From: a phage
Reading direction: 5' to 3' (one strand)
NCBI GenBank assembly: GCA_025829515.1
Contig: GCA_025829515.1_4865.2
Length of the DNA stretch: 54,940 nt
Of the stretch, positions 29,022 to 37,013 are shown piece by piece. How positions within the stretch are numbered: position 1 is the first letter of the stretch; every line of letters begins with the position of its first letter. The translations under genes and the position numbers were made by a program. The notes under the pieces are model-generated. The model saw nothing but the letters and a program-made list of their open reading frames with translations, was not told the DNA's origin and made no database searches.

Positions 29022-30153
29022 ACCTCCTAAGAAACCAGAAGGTGTTAAGCGCCTTTTGAACACTAACGATATCCATTTGTTGCATAAGCGTGTGCCTACT
29101 TGGCACATCGTGGATGTGATACGTGAGGTACTCATTAGCTGCGAAAATACGCTTGACGCCTTTTATATAGCAGGGGATTTATTTGATGATTCCCGACATC
29201 TTCGCCAGGAAGATTCTCAAGAAGCTGTGGGCTTCTTGACGTGGTTGCTCCAGTGGTCTAAGGCCACTAATACCGCAGTTCGCATCGTTGAGGGAACACC
29301 GTCCCATGACCATGGCCAGTCCAAAATAGTTGAGTCGCTGAACATCAGTATAGGCGCAGACTGTTTGTATTTGGCAGGGATCGGGATATTTTACGATCCG
29401 GCTCTCGATGCGATGGTAGGTTGGGTGCAGGACGAATATAAAGCTGCTGGCGTCGATGAAATTAATGCTGCTGCCACTGAGGCAGAAATGGCAGAACTGA
29501 TGGCGACACGAGGCTTGGAGAAGTTAGACTTTATCTTCATGCACGGCTGCTTCCAGTTTCAACTCCCTGTCGAGTCCCCTCGTTCTTTCCACGAGGAGTT
29601 CTGGTTGCCGAGAGTCAAGCACCTGATATTTATCGGGCATGACCATCGACCCAAGGAATTAGACAAGATAAGAGTTGTAGGTAGTCCTGAGCGACTATCT
29701 CAAGGTGAAGAGGAGGACAAAGGCGTAGCTCTTGTCGATTTCACCGATACGGTTGCCAGGGATTATTTCCTGGTTAACCCACGCGCGTGCCCGCAGAAAA
29801 AGATTCGGGCACAGGAAGACTTTGATGCGCAGTTAGCAGCTTGTCTTTCTGCATTAGAATACATCGACAATCATCCCTCGTCCGCTATTGGGCGATTTGA
29901 GGTCGAGTATTACGCAGGCTCACCGATGGCCGAATACGTCAGTCGGTGGAAAAAAGAATACACGTTCCACATTTCTGGAGAGCGTGTGCGCTCCTCTGAA
30001 GAGGAGGAGTTGTTAGTGAAGAGTTTTTCGAACGAAGCCCCAGTGTACGAAAAACCTACTCCTGAGAACTTCGAACGGTTGGTTCTCGAAGAGCTAACAT
30101 CAGTGAAGTACGACCCTGATGTTGTTACTGCAATCATTAGGAAAATAGAATGA
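29005..30153 (+). CDS. calcineurin-like metallophosphoesterase, SbcD/Mre11-like nuclease
   Basis: Ordered phosphoesterase motifs: TNDIHL (D-x-H), AGDLFDD (GDxxD), EGTPSHDH (GNHD-like), FMHGCF, FIGHDH (GHxH). Confidence 0.65.
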   Translation: MEKITKPPKKPEGVKRLLNTNDIHLLHKRVPTWHIVDVIREVLISCENTLDAFYIAGDLFDDSRHLRQEDSQEAVGFLTWLLQWSKATNTAVRIVEGTPSHDHGQSKIVESLNISIGADCLYLAGIGIFYDPALDAMVGWVQDEYKAAGVDEINAAATEAEMAELMATRGLEKLDFIFMHGCFQFQLPVESPRSFHEEFWLPRVKHLIFIGHDHRPKELDKIRVVGSPERLSQGEEEDKGVALVDFTDTVARDYFLVNPRACPQKKIRAQEDFDAQLAACLSALEYIDNHPSSAIGRFEVEYYAGSPMAEYVSRWKKEYTFHISGERVRSSEEEELLVKSFSNEAPVYEKPTPENFERLVLEELTSVKYDPDVVTAIIRKIE

Positions 30154-30986
30154 ATCCAATCAGTGTTGATCGCACTTTCGGGTTCTATTCAGTGTCAATC
30201 GCCAGTTCGCTGGCGTTTGAAGGTCTGCTGCATACCGGCGAATACGCCGACTGGAAAGGCGAATTGCCTATCCATTCCTATCAGGAAATATACCTGAATC
30301 TCCGGACATTGTTCCGTAACGCCTTCTATGCGTTTGAAGAGAATAGAGAACGGTTAACACCCGACGTGATGCTAACATCGATTGAAGAAGATATTAATAA
30401 TCTTACGGCTACCGCGAGAGCGGTAGCCCCTTCGGTGTTATGCGTTCCGTACCTTTGTAGCTATCGTAGCGCTAACAAAGTGTTTCCCGAAGCCTCGTTC
30501 AAAAACATTGCAGGCGGTCAGGATAAGATGACGCCAAACCAGCTGCACTATAATGCACTGGAACACGACACCTTAAAAATGTACGGTGAGAAACACGAAA
30601 ATGACTTCCGTCAATTCGATGTTTTCCCAGAGGGTAGCCGCGACACACTGTTACTGACCCACATGCCAGCTGATCTCCTGGCACGTAAAGATTTCCCTAA
30701 ACTGGGTTTGTTGGAATCGCACACCGGTAAAGTGAAAACACAGCTGGAGTGGTACACCAAACTTAACGGGAAACCCCAACATATTCCGTTTAACAAAGCG
30801 TTCCTGACGTTGTTTGGCGACGGGATAATGTTTTCACCCCTCGATCGCAAAACGCGTGGGGTGGTGTTAAAAACCGCAGAGAAGTACAGCTGGAAACAGG
30901 ATACCACAATGGACCGTATTTATAACTGTCTAAAACTGGTGAATGAGCCATTTGTAATTGAACTGCTCCGCAGGCTTATGAAGTAA
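30150..30986 (+). CDS. hypothetical protein
   Basis: 278-aa ORF; ATGA overlap with the upstream gene. Confidence 0.55.
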   Translation: MNPISVDRTFGFYSVSIASSLAFEGLLHTGEYADWKGELPIHSYQEIYLNLRTLFRNAFYAFEENRERLTPDVMLTSIEEDINNLTATARAVAPSVLCVPYLCSYRSANKVFPEASFKNIAGGQDKMTPNQLHYNALEHDTLKMYGEKHENDFRQFDVFPEGSRDTLLLTHMPADLLARKDFPKLGLLESHTGKVKTQLEWYTKLNGKPQHIPFNKAFLTLFGDGIMFSPLDRKTRGVVLKTAEKYSWKQDTTMDRIYNCLKLVNEPFVIELLRRLMK

Positions 30987-31051
30987 GTTAAAATTTACGT
31001 TAGTGGGACATCATGTGTGAACCACTAGACTGCTTTTCCGAAAAGGATGAA

Positions 31052-31723
31052 ATGATGATTAACCAAGAAATTTTCAAAGACAAATGGCTTTACCCGCAGA
31101 CCGAACCGGATCAGCAAAACCGTACGCGTAAACTCAACATCGAACCGAATGATTTCAACGGCGATGTTGAAACTATGAAGTTTAGCTACTCCTTTGGTAA
31201 GGGCGAAGGTCTCTATTTCTCTGCGCCGATTACGGTTTGCCGTACCATTATCGAAGCTCTGCAGGATTGTCTGCGTAAGAGCGAAAAGAGTATGCTGAAG
31301 TTTACTAACGAAAACGGCAACAAACCGCCCGTTAGTCTGATTGTTGGCCGTGAAGACAACCTGGTACCGTTCATCGCTATTGCCGGTGAAATCCAGGGCG
31401 TTGGTGCCCGCCAGAAGAAGTTCTACTTCTCCTACCCGAAAGGTTTCCGTATTTTCCGCGACGGCCAGCAGGTTTCTGATTTAGAACTTGCCGAGCGCTG
31501 CGCACGTGCGTTTATCACTAACTTCGAGAAGTTCTTACAGAACCTGGAAGAGAAATATAAGCCGCGTGAATTCCAGCAAGGTGGTGGTAGCTTCGGTCGT
31601 GGTGGATACGGTGGTGGCCAGGGTGGTGGCCAGGGTGGTGGTCAGCGTAGCGGCGGCGGTTATCAACAGCAGCAACAATCTGTACCTCCAGCAACCACTG
31701 ATTCTTACGACGAGTTCCTCTAA
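31052..31723 (+). CDS. hypothetical protein with Gly/Gln-rich disordered C-terminal tail ending in an acidic tip (possible ssDNA- or RNA-binding protein)
   Basis: AAAAGGA RBS before ATG 31052 (track start 31013); codon-optimised; C-terminus GGGSFGRGGYGGGQGGGQGGGQ...DSYDEFL resembles SSB-type tails. Confidence 0.5.
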   Translation: MMINQEIFKDKWLYPQTEPDQQNRTRKLNIEPNDFNGDVETMKFSYSFGKGEGLYFSAPITVCRTIIEALQDCLRKSEKSMLKFTNENGNKPPVSLIVGREDNLVPFIAIAGEIQGVGARQKKFYFSYPKGFRIFRDGQQVSDLELAERCARAFITNFEKFLQNLEEKYKPREFQQGGGSFGRGGYGGGQGGGQGGGQRSGGGYQQQQQSVPPATTDSYDEFL

Positions 31724-31804
31724 GAAACAAAATAAAAAATACGCCCAAGGGAAACCTTGGGCTATTAACGCTTATGCGTGGTCCTGCAACACACACTGTA
31801 AGAA

Positions 31805-31824
31805 GATTTAGATAGATATTATCT
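31805..31824 (+). promoter_or_regulatory. palindromic motif site E (gatttagatagatattatct)
   Basis: Perfect core; 20-mer identical to site F; ~40 nt upstream of the 31859 start. Confidence 0.5.
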
Positions 31825-31858
31825 CAGTGCAATCGACTATTCGCGGAGTTCAACTATA

Positions 31859-33493
31859 ATGAAAATTATGAAGATTAAAGACCGGATGACAATCGAGCAT
31901 CATGGTCAAGAGGTCACATTTATTGGCTTACGTTATCGGAAGGATAACAACGCACCCGACTACATCACTGTTAAAGGTAAACAGATTGCACGCGACAACA
32001 TTCTCTTCATGGAATTACAACGCGTGTGGGATTATTTAACGCCAGACGAACAAGATGAACTGTTCATGGCGTATCTGATGCTGGACGAGCTGGCAAACGA
32101 ATCGACGGAAACGCAGCGTAAGCACATGCCGAAGATTGTGCAGACGATTGCGAAGTTCCACAAGGCCGAAGTGTATCGTAAGCTGTATCCCATCGATAAG
32201 CTGTGGATTCCGCAGAACATGGAAGATACGCACGATGAAATGAACAGTAATTATCCGGAAGCGATGACGTACATTCGTCCGGACTATTACGAGTTGTTGA
32301 TACTGGTCCTGATGATTAAACCGTATATTCCGGTGTTCCTCACCATGGGGACGTTCCCGATAGGTAAGAACTTGCCAATCGAAACACATCGGAAAATGGT
32401 GTACAATCTGACATACTGTCTGGAGATGCTTCAAGACACAGAAGTCATGTCTTTACCTGCTATTCCGAAACTGCGTGGATTCCTACAGACAGTGATGGAA
32501 AAGGTAGAAAAAGAACTGGCAAACAAAGGTACGAACAGCACCAGTTTGTCGGTACTAGCTACGGTGCGGGGCTATGGCACGGATATGATGGAAGATTATA
32601 TCCTGGCGTATGCTATTATTAAATTGTTGGCTGTCCGTGAAGTCGGTGGTGAATTACCGGTTGAAATCATGGTTAACAACAATATCGTCACCGGCATGTA
32701 TTTTCTGGTTAAACAAGAGATTGAAACAGGTTTTGCAAACAAAATCTCTAACCAGCCGGTGCTGTTAAAAGCGCATCCGGAAAGTGTGGTATTCAATGGC
32801 GAAAAGGGTAAGATAAACGCCATGGATTTGGTGCAGGCACGTTCTCCTGCACAGATGAAAGAATACGTCCGTACCGAGTACGTATTTAAAGAATACCGCT
32901 CTTTCTTGAAAACAATGCGTCTGGATAATGCCGCTCCAGCAGATGTTAAGTTATTGATTGATTCGCAACTGGCAACACACGACGGTCCTGTCTATACGTT
33001 GCACGAATGGTTAGTCGCATTAGCACTCCATCGTAGCGTGCATTATAAGACGTATACTGAATGTGGACCAGAAGCGTTTCGCTACGGTATGGCATTGGCG
33101 CAGGCAACTTATCTCAATTATGGAATGTATGACGTTGCGCAACTGTTAAGTTGCAATATGGTGCGTTCTGAGATGTCTGCCGGCTATGCAGCCGACCCAA
33201 TTCGATCTGAACTCAAAGCAGATTTAGATAGATATTATCTTCAGGAGTATCGCAACCCGCGTAATCTCGAACCGCAATCTACACCACGGGAATCACTGAC
33301 CTTGTTACACAAGGATCACATCAACCCGTATCTGTTCCATCTCAGGGCTACACCAGAAGCAGCTGCGCTGCTGAAGTGTGAGACGGATCAGCCAAACTAT
33401 ATACCTCACTTGTCACTGCACAATAGCCTGGCGGAGTTTATGGTGTTGAATGCACGTCGCAAGTTAGAAGAAGTTGAATGGTTTAATTCTTAA
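31859..33493 (+). CDS. hypothetical protein
   Basis: 544-aa ORF downstream of motif site E. Confidence 0.6.
   Translation: MKIMKIKDRMTIEHHGQEVTFIGLRYRKDNNAPDYITVKGKQIARDNILFMELQRVWDYLTPDEQDELFMAYLMLDELANESTETQRKHMPKIVQTIAKFHKAEVYRKLYPIDKLWIPQNMEDTHDEMNSNYPEAMTYIRPDYYELLILVLMIKPYIPVFLTMGTFPIGKNLPIETHRKMVYNLTYCLEMLQDTEVMSLPAIPKLRGFLQTVMEKVEKELANKGTNSTSLSVLATVRGYGTDMMEDYILAYAIIKLLAVREVGGELPVEIMVNNNIVTGMYFLVKQEIETGFANKISNQPVLLKAHPESVVFNGEKGKINAMDLVQARSPAQMKEYVRTEYVFKEYRSFLKTMRLDNAAPADVKLLIDSQLATHDGPVYTLHEWLVALALHRSVHYKTYTECGPEAFRYGMALAQATYLNYGMYDVAQLLSCNMVRSEMSAGYAADPIRSELKADLDRYYLQEYRNPRNLEPQSTPRESLTLLHKDHINPYLFHLRATPEAAALLKCETDQPNYIPHLSLHNSLAEFMVLNARRKLEEVEWFNS
33221..33240 (+). promoter_or_regulatory. 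palindromic motif site F, embedded in the 3' part of CDS 31859..33493
   Basis: Exact 20-mer gatttagatagatattatct, here encoding DLDRYYL; ~270 nt upstream of the 33506 start. Confidence 0.4.
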
Positions 33494-33505
33494 GGAGTAT
33501 TTAAA

Positions 33506-35206
33506 ATGCAGCTTGTAAATCTACTGATGTATCCGGTCTACGATGTTCCAGAGCAAGTTCGTCGCCGCATCGGCTTTAACGCATCTACGGGTGCGCTGGA
33601 TGACTTAGCAGCAGCGGTTGAACTGGGCGGGGAAAAAGCTGTGGGGACACAGCAGTATCAAGAAGCGTTATCTGCCATCGTGGGCTTCGATGGCACCCAG
33701 AATGGTTTTGAGCGTCCATTCATCAACGTGTCCGATGATGACAATCGTCCTGTACAGTTCCAATGGGAATCACGTGATACCGGTATCTTTAACTTCGTGG
33801 CGGTGTTTATTGCTAAACCTCTGAATGCAACACGCACTCAGGAAACGCAATACATCGTCTCCGGTTATACCAGTCAGGCAGAAACCAGCCTGGGTAGCCT
33901 GCTGCCGGACGATATGGTGTTGTACATTAACGACATCTACGGCTTACAGGCAACGTATACACACGATGCCCTGGGCGGCAAAACATTGAACCCAGACTCA
34001 TTCCGTCTACTGGATAACTACGTTTTATCGAAAGCGCTGTCTGTTGAAGGTCAAACAGAAAGTACGGTAGATATCATTTCGATCGCGAAAGCAGCGGACA
34101 TGGTAAAACGTATTGAAATGAATAGCGGTGAGAAGTTCGTCCCAACGAGCGACTCTGTGCTATCCGCAACCAGTAGCTCTGCACCACAGTTGATGGTATC
34201 CCAACTCCAGCGTCCAGAAAACTACGTATCTGCCATCAGTAATGCGTATCTGGCAAGCTCTGGGGTAGATACCGAACTCGGTAGCGTGGAAAGCTTCTTT
34301 GCAGGTAATAACTCCATCGGCGTTGAATCTGAATTGAAGCAACGTGGTGTTATCCGTAACTACAGCAACCACGAACTGATTGCTGCGATGCGTCAAGCAC
34401 TCCAGAACGGGATGTCTGATGTATCTGGCGGCTGGAAAGCAACCAGTAAGGCGACGTTCCGTTTGGCTGATTTGCGTAATGCGATTGTCAACCCAATGCG
34501 GTTGGATGAATGTATCCGTGAATCGCTGGCGCTGGCAAGTCGCCGTGGGTTGGGTGCAGGGCTGGTTAACCAAACCGACCACTGGATTGGACGTAATGGC
34601 TTCTCCACGCAGGGTAGTCTAGTTGCGTATGATCTGGCTATGTCTATCGGGCCGATTATGTCACGTAACCTGATTGGTGAAGTGAGCTTTGTCTTTGATA
34701 ACCGCAACACAGATATCATGATAGAGCCTACGCTGGAAGTTATTCCTAACTCAGTCAGCAGCATCACGCACCATCAGTTACCTGCTGCGTTAGGTCGTCG
34801 TTTCTTGCAGAACATGAAAGAAGCGATGGTTCAGGTTACTAAACATAACCATATTCGCTGCCACATGCTGGTCACCGCATTGTTGGGGACCGTTACTCGT
34901 ATTGAAATCCGTGTCGACGACGAACCGCTGGAATATTACACCTACGCGTCGTTTATGCAATTCCGTCTTCATACCGGCAACACCACCGATCTCAAATACG
35001 TTGGTGAGCTGGCACAGAACACCGCAACGCTGTTGAAAGCCGTGGAAGAAGGTTATACAGAATTCGAGAAAGGCCAAGGCCGGGGTCGAATGCTATCTAA
35101 CATTCCAACTAACACAGGTGGCTTAGATCCTCTCGGAGGTCTTGACCTGGGTGGTGGCTTAGGCGGTATAGGCGGAAACGGACTCGGCAACGGTCTCATT
35201 GATTAA
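33506..35206 (+). CDS. hypothetical protein with Gly/Leu-rich C-terminal tail
   Basis: 566-aa ORF; AAGGAG RBS; C-terminus GGLDPLGGLDLGGGLGGIGGNGLGNGLID. Confidence 0.6.
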   Translation: MQLVNLLMYPVYDVPEQVRRRIGFNASTGALDDLAAAVELGGEKAVGTQQYQEALSAIVGFDGTQNGFERPFINVSDDDNRPVQFQWESRDTGIFNFVAVFIAKPLNATRTQETQYIVSGYTSQAETSLGSLLPDDMVLYINDIYGLQATYTHDALGGKTLNPDSFRLLDNYVLSKALSVEGQTESTVDIISIAKAADMVKRIEMNSGEKFVPTSDSVLSATSSSAPQLMVSQLQRPENYVSAISNAYLASSGVDTELGSVESFFAGNNSIGVESELKQRGVIRNYSNHELIAAMRQALQNGMSDVSGGWKATSKATFRLADLRNAIVNPMRLDECIRESLALASRRGLGAGLVNQTDHWIGRNGFSTQGSLVAYDLAMSIGPIMSRNLIGEVSFVFDNRNTDIMIEPTLEVIPNSVSSITHHQLPAALGRRFLQNMKEAMVQVTKHNHIRCHMLVTALLGTVTRIEIRVDDEPLEYYTYASFMQFRLHTGNTTDLKYVGELAQNTATLLKAVEEGYTEFEKGQGRGRMLSNIPTNTGGLDPLGGLDLGGGLGGIGGNGLGNGLID

Positions 35207-35218
35207 GGATTATTAACC

Positions 35219-36586
35219 ATGAAATTGATTGAATTCTACCGTTCGTTTCTGACCTCGCTCGGATACGGATTCGAAGGTGACATGCTGACTATCGATGATG
35301 GTCATCCGGCAATGTTCACCTACAACAAAGTGAAGCGCCGCTTGGTGCTTCCAACTGCAGCGATGATTAAGCGTGGGTTGGAAGATGACGAAGGTAGTGA
35401 ATGTCATGCGTTCCACCCACTGTGTGAATCGGTACTGGCTGGCGAATCTGGAACGATTCGTTTCCTGAAGAAAGCCATCAACGCGAACCTCTTCCTGAAA
35501 AGCTTCGAGTTAATCGATGCGATTTTGGAAACAGCAGCCGAAGGAAAAAATATCCGTCTGGCAGCGTACAAGAAGTTTTTAAGCGATGTGGTTTGTGCTG
35601 ACCTGAAAGATCCAACGATGGATAAGAAACTGGTTCAGAGCTGGCACGCAGTGAAGAACTACGTTTACGGGTTGCTGGAAGAAGATAAAAAGACAAAGAT
35701 CACCAGTATCTTCATCTCCAGCGATATGACCATTGAAGGTATCAAATATATCCGTGTGGCGAACTACAAACACATGTTTGAAGAAGAGTCACTGGATGGT
35801 ACGGCAACATTCTTCGGTGCCAAGCTCCAGCGTAAGCAGGATAAGGTCATTATCTTTAACCTGCTAACTGCAGTGTTTGGTTGGTATCCTTCGGTTACGG
35901 GTTCTAACGATCCGCGTCCGTACTTCGGTTCTTTGGCACGCGGTTGGGCACAATACGTGACCAACTACAATCAAGTGGTTCGTGGTCTGCGTGACCACAC
36001 TCCACTGCGTCCGTTAGAAGAAGAATGGATTGGCCAACTGGATAACATGAGCGTTTATGATAACGTTATCCAAACTCTGCCGTATAATACCGGCCCACGC
36101 ACCGATCAGGCAACAGACACCACCGCAACGGATTTCCGTATCGGGCGTACACCTGCCGGCACAAAGCCGGTCGTTGCTTTAGCTTCTCAACAAGCTCCGC
36201 AGGAAAATCTTGATCTCAACGATCCGGTAAACTATTTCCGTGCGAAGAAAGCGCAACAGGCGTCTTCAGCTAATAGCTTCAATGCGTTAGCACCGAAGAT
36301 TCAGGAAGCGCTGCGTGAGAACAACGGCCATTTACCGAAAGGGACAATTAAAGAACTGTCTCTCGGTGAAGCGCTGCGTGGTAATGCGGTGACGAAAGAA
36401 AGTGGTCTGGGTTCTGGTTTGCTGGGAAGTAGTAATAATCTCTTGGGGGGTAGCACGCAGTTGGGCGGCGGTAGCACCAACCTCTTAGGAGGGAGTAGTG
36501 ACGTGTTAGGTGGTCTGGGTGGTTTAGGTGGCGGAAGTAGCAGCAGTTTAGGCAACCTACCATTCTCATCAGCTAATTTACGTTAA
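35219..36586 (+). CDS. hypothetical protein with Gly/Ser/Leu-rich C-terminal tail
   Basis: 455-aa ORF; AAGGA RBS; C-terminal ~70 aa of LLGG/SGLG repeats. Confidence 0.6.
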   Translation: MKLIEFYRSFLTSLGYGFEGDMLTIDDGHPAMFTYNKVKRRLVLPTAAMIKRGLEDDEGSECHAFHPLCESVLAGESGTIRFLKKAINANLFLKSFELIDAILETAAEGKNIRLAAYKKFLSDVVCADLKDPTMDKKLVQSWHAVKNYVYGLLEEDKKTKITSIFISSDMTIEGIKYIRVANYKHMFEEESLDGTATFFGAKLQRKQDKVIIFNLLTAVFGWYPSVTGSNDPRPYFGSLARGWAQYVTNYNQVVRGLRDHTPLRPLEEEWIGQLDNMSVYDNVIQTLPYNTGPRTDQATDTTATDFRIGRTPAGTKPVVALASQQAPQENLDLNDPVNYFRAKKAQQASSANSFNALAPKIQEALRENNGHLPKGTIKELSLGEALRGNAVTKESGLGSGLLGSSNNLLGGSTQLGGGSTNLLGGSSDVLGGLGGLGGGSSSSLGNLPFSSANLR

Positions 36587-36596
36587 GCGTTAGAAA

Positions 36597-36626
36597 GAAG
36601 GGACTGGGCGTCCCTTCTTTTTTTCA
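36597..36626. terminator. bidirectional rho-independent terminator
   Basis: Stem aagggac/gtccctt flanked by an A-rich stretch upstream and T-run downstream; between convergent genes. Confidence 0.6.
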
Positions 36627-36947
36627 AGATTCTACGATAGTCGATAAGATGTTACTTACCACACCGACACTAGGAACCAATAAGGTTCTTATCTCTGGCG
36701 TGAAATCAAACGGAGTAGAAATTCCGTTCATTAACATCATCGGATAAATAATACTATTATCGTACTGTTTGAGACGACAGTACGCGTAGAAACTGTGTAC
36801 CTCTGGGTAGGCATATTTTGGGTCAACAACTTCTTCTGTAGTATCTGGGTGTTTGCGAAGGAAGTCTGTATAGTCATGCAACACCTTATACTTGGTCGAA
36901 TCAGGCGAAGGTATTATTTCGGATAAGGTAGCAAATTTATCTAGCAT
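36624..36947 (-). CDS. hypothetical protein
   Basis: 107-aa ORF; ATG (plus 36945-36947) preceded by AAGGAGA on the minus strand. Confidence 0.55.
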   Translation of the reverse strand: MLDKFATLSEIIPSPDSTKYKVLHDYTDFLRKHPDTTEEVVDPKYAYPEVHSFYAYCRLKQYDNSIIYPMMLMNGISTPFDFTPEIRTLLVPSVGVVSNILSTIVES

Positions 36948-36967
36948 CGTCTCTCCTTAAAATAAAA

Positions 36968-36984
36968 CAGATAGATATTATCTT
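36968..36984. promoter_or_regulatory. palindromic motif site G (cagatagatattatctt)
   Basis: Perfect core in the divergent intergenic region between 36624..36947 (minus) and 37014 (plus). Confidence 0.5.
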
Positions 36985-37013
36985 ACCGAGGTAACCAAAA
37001 GGAGCATTTACGA

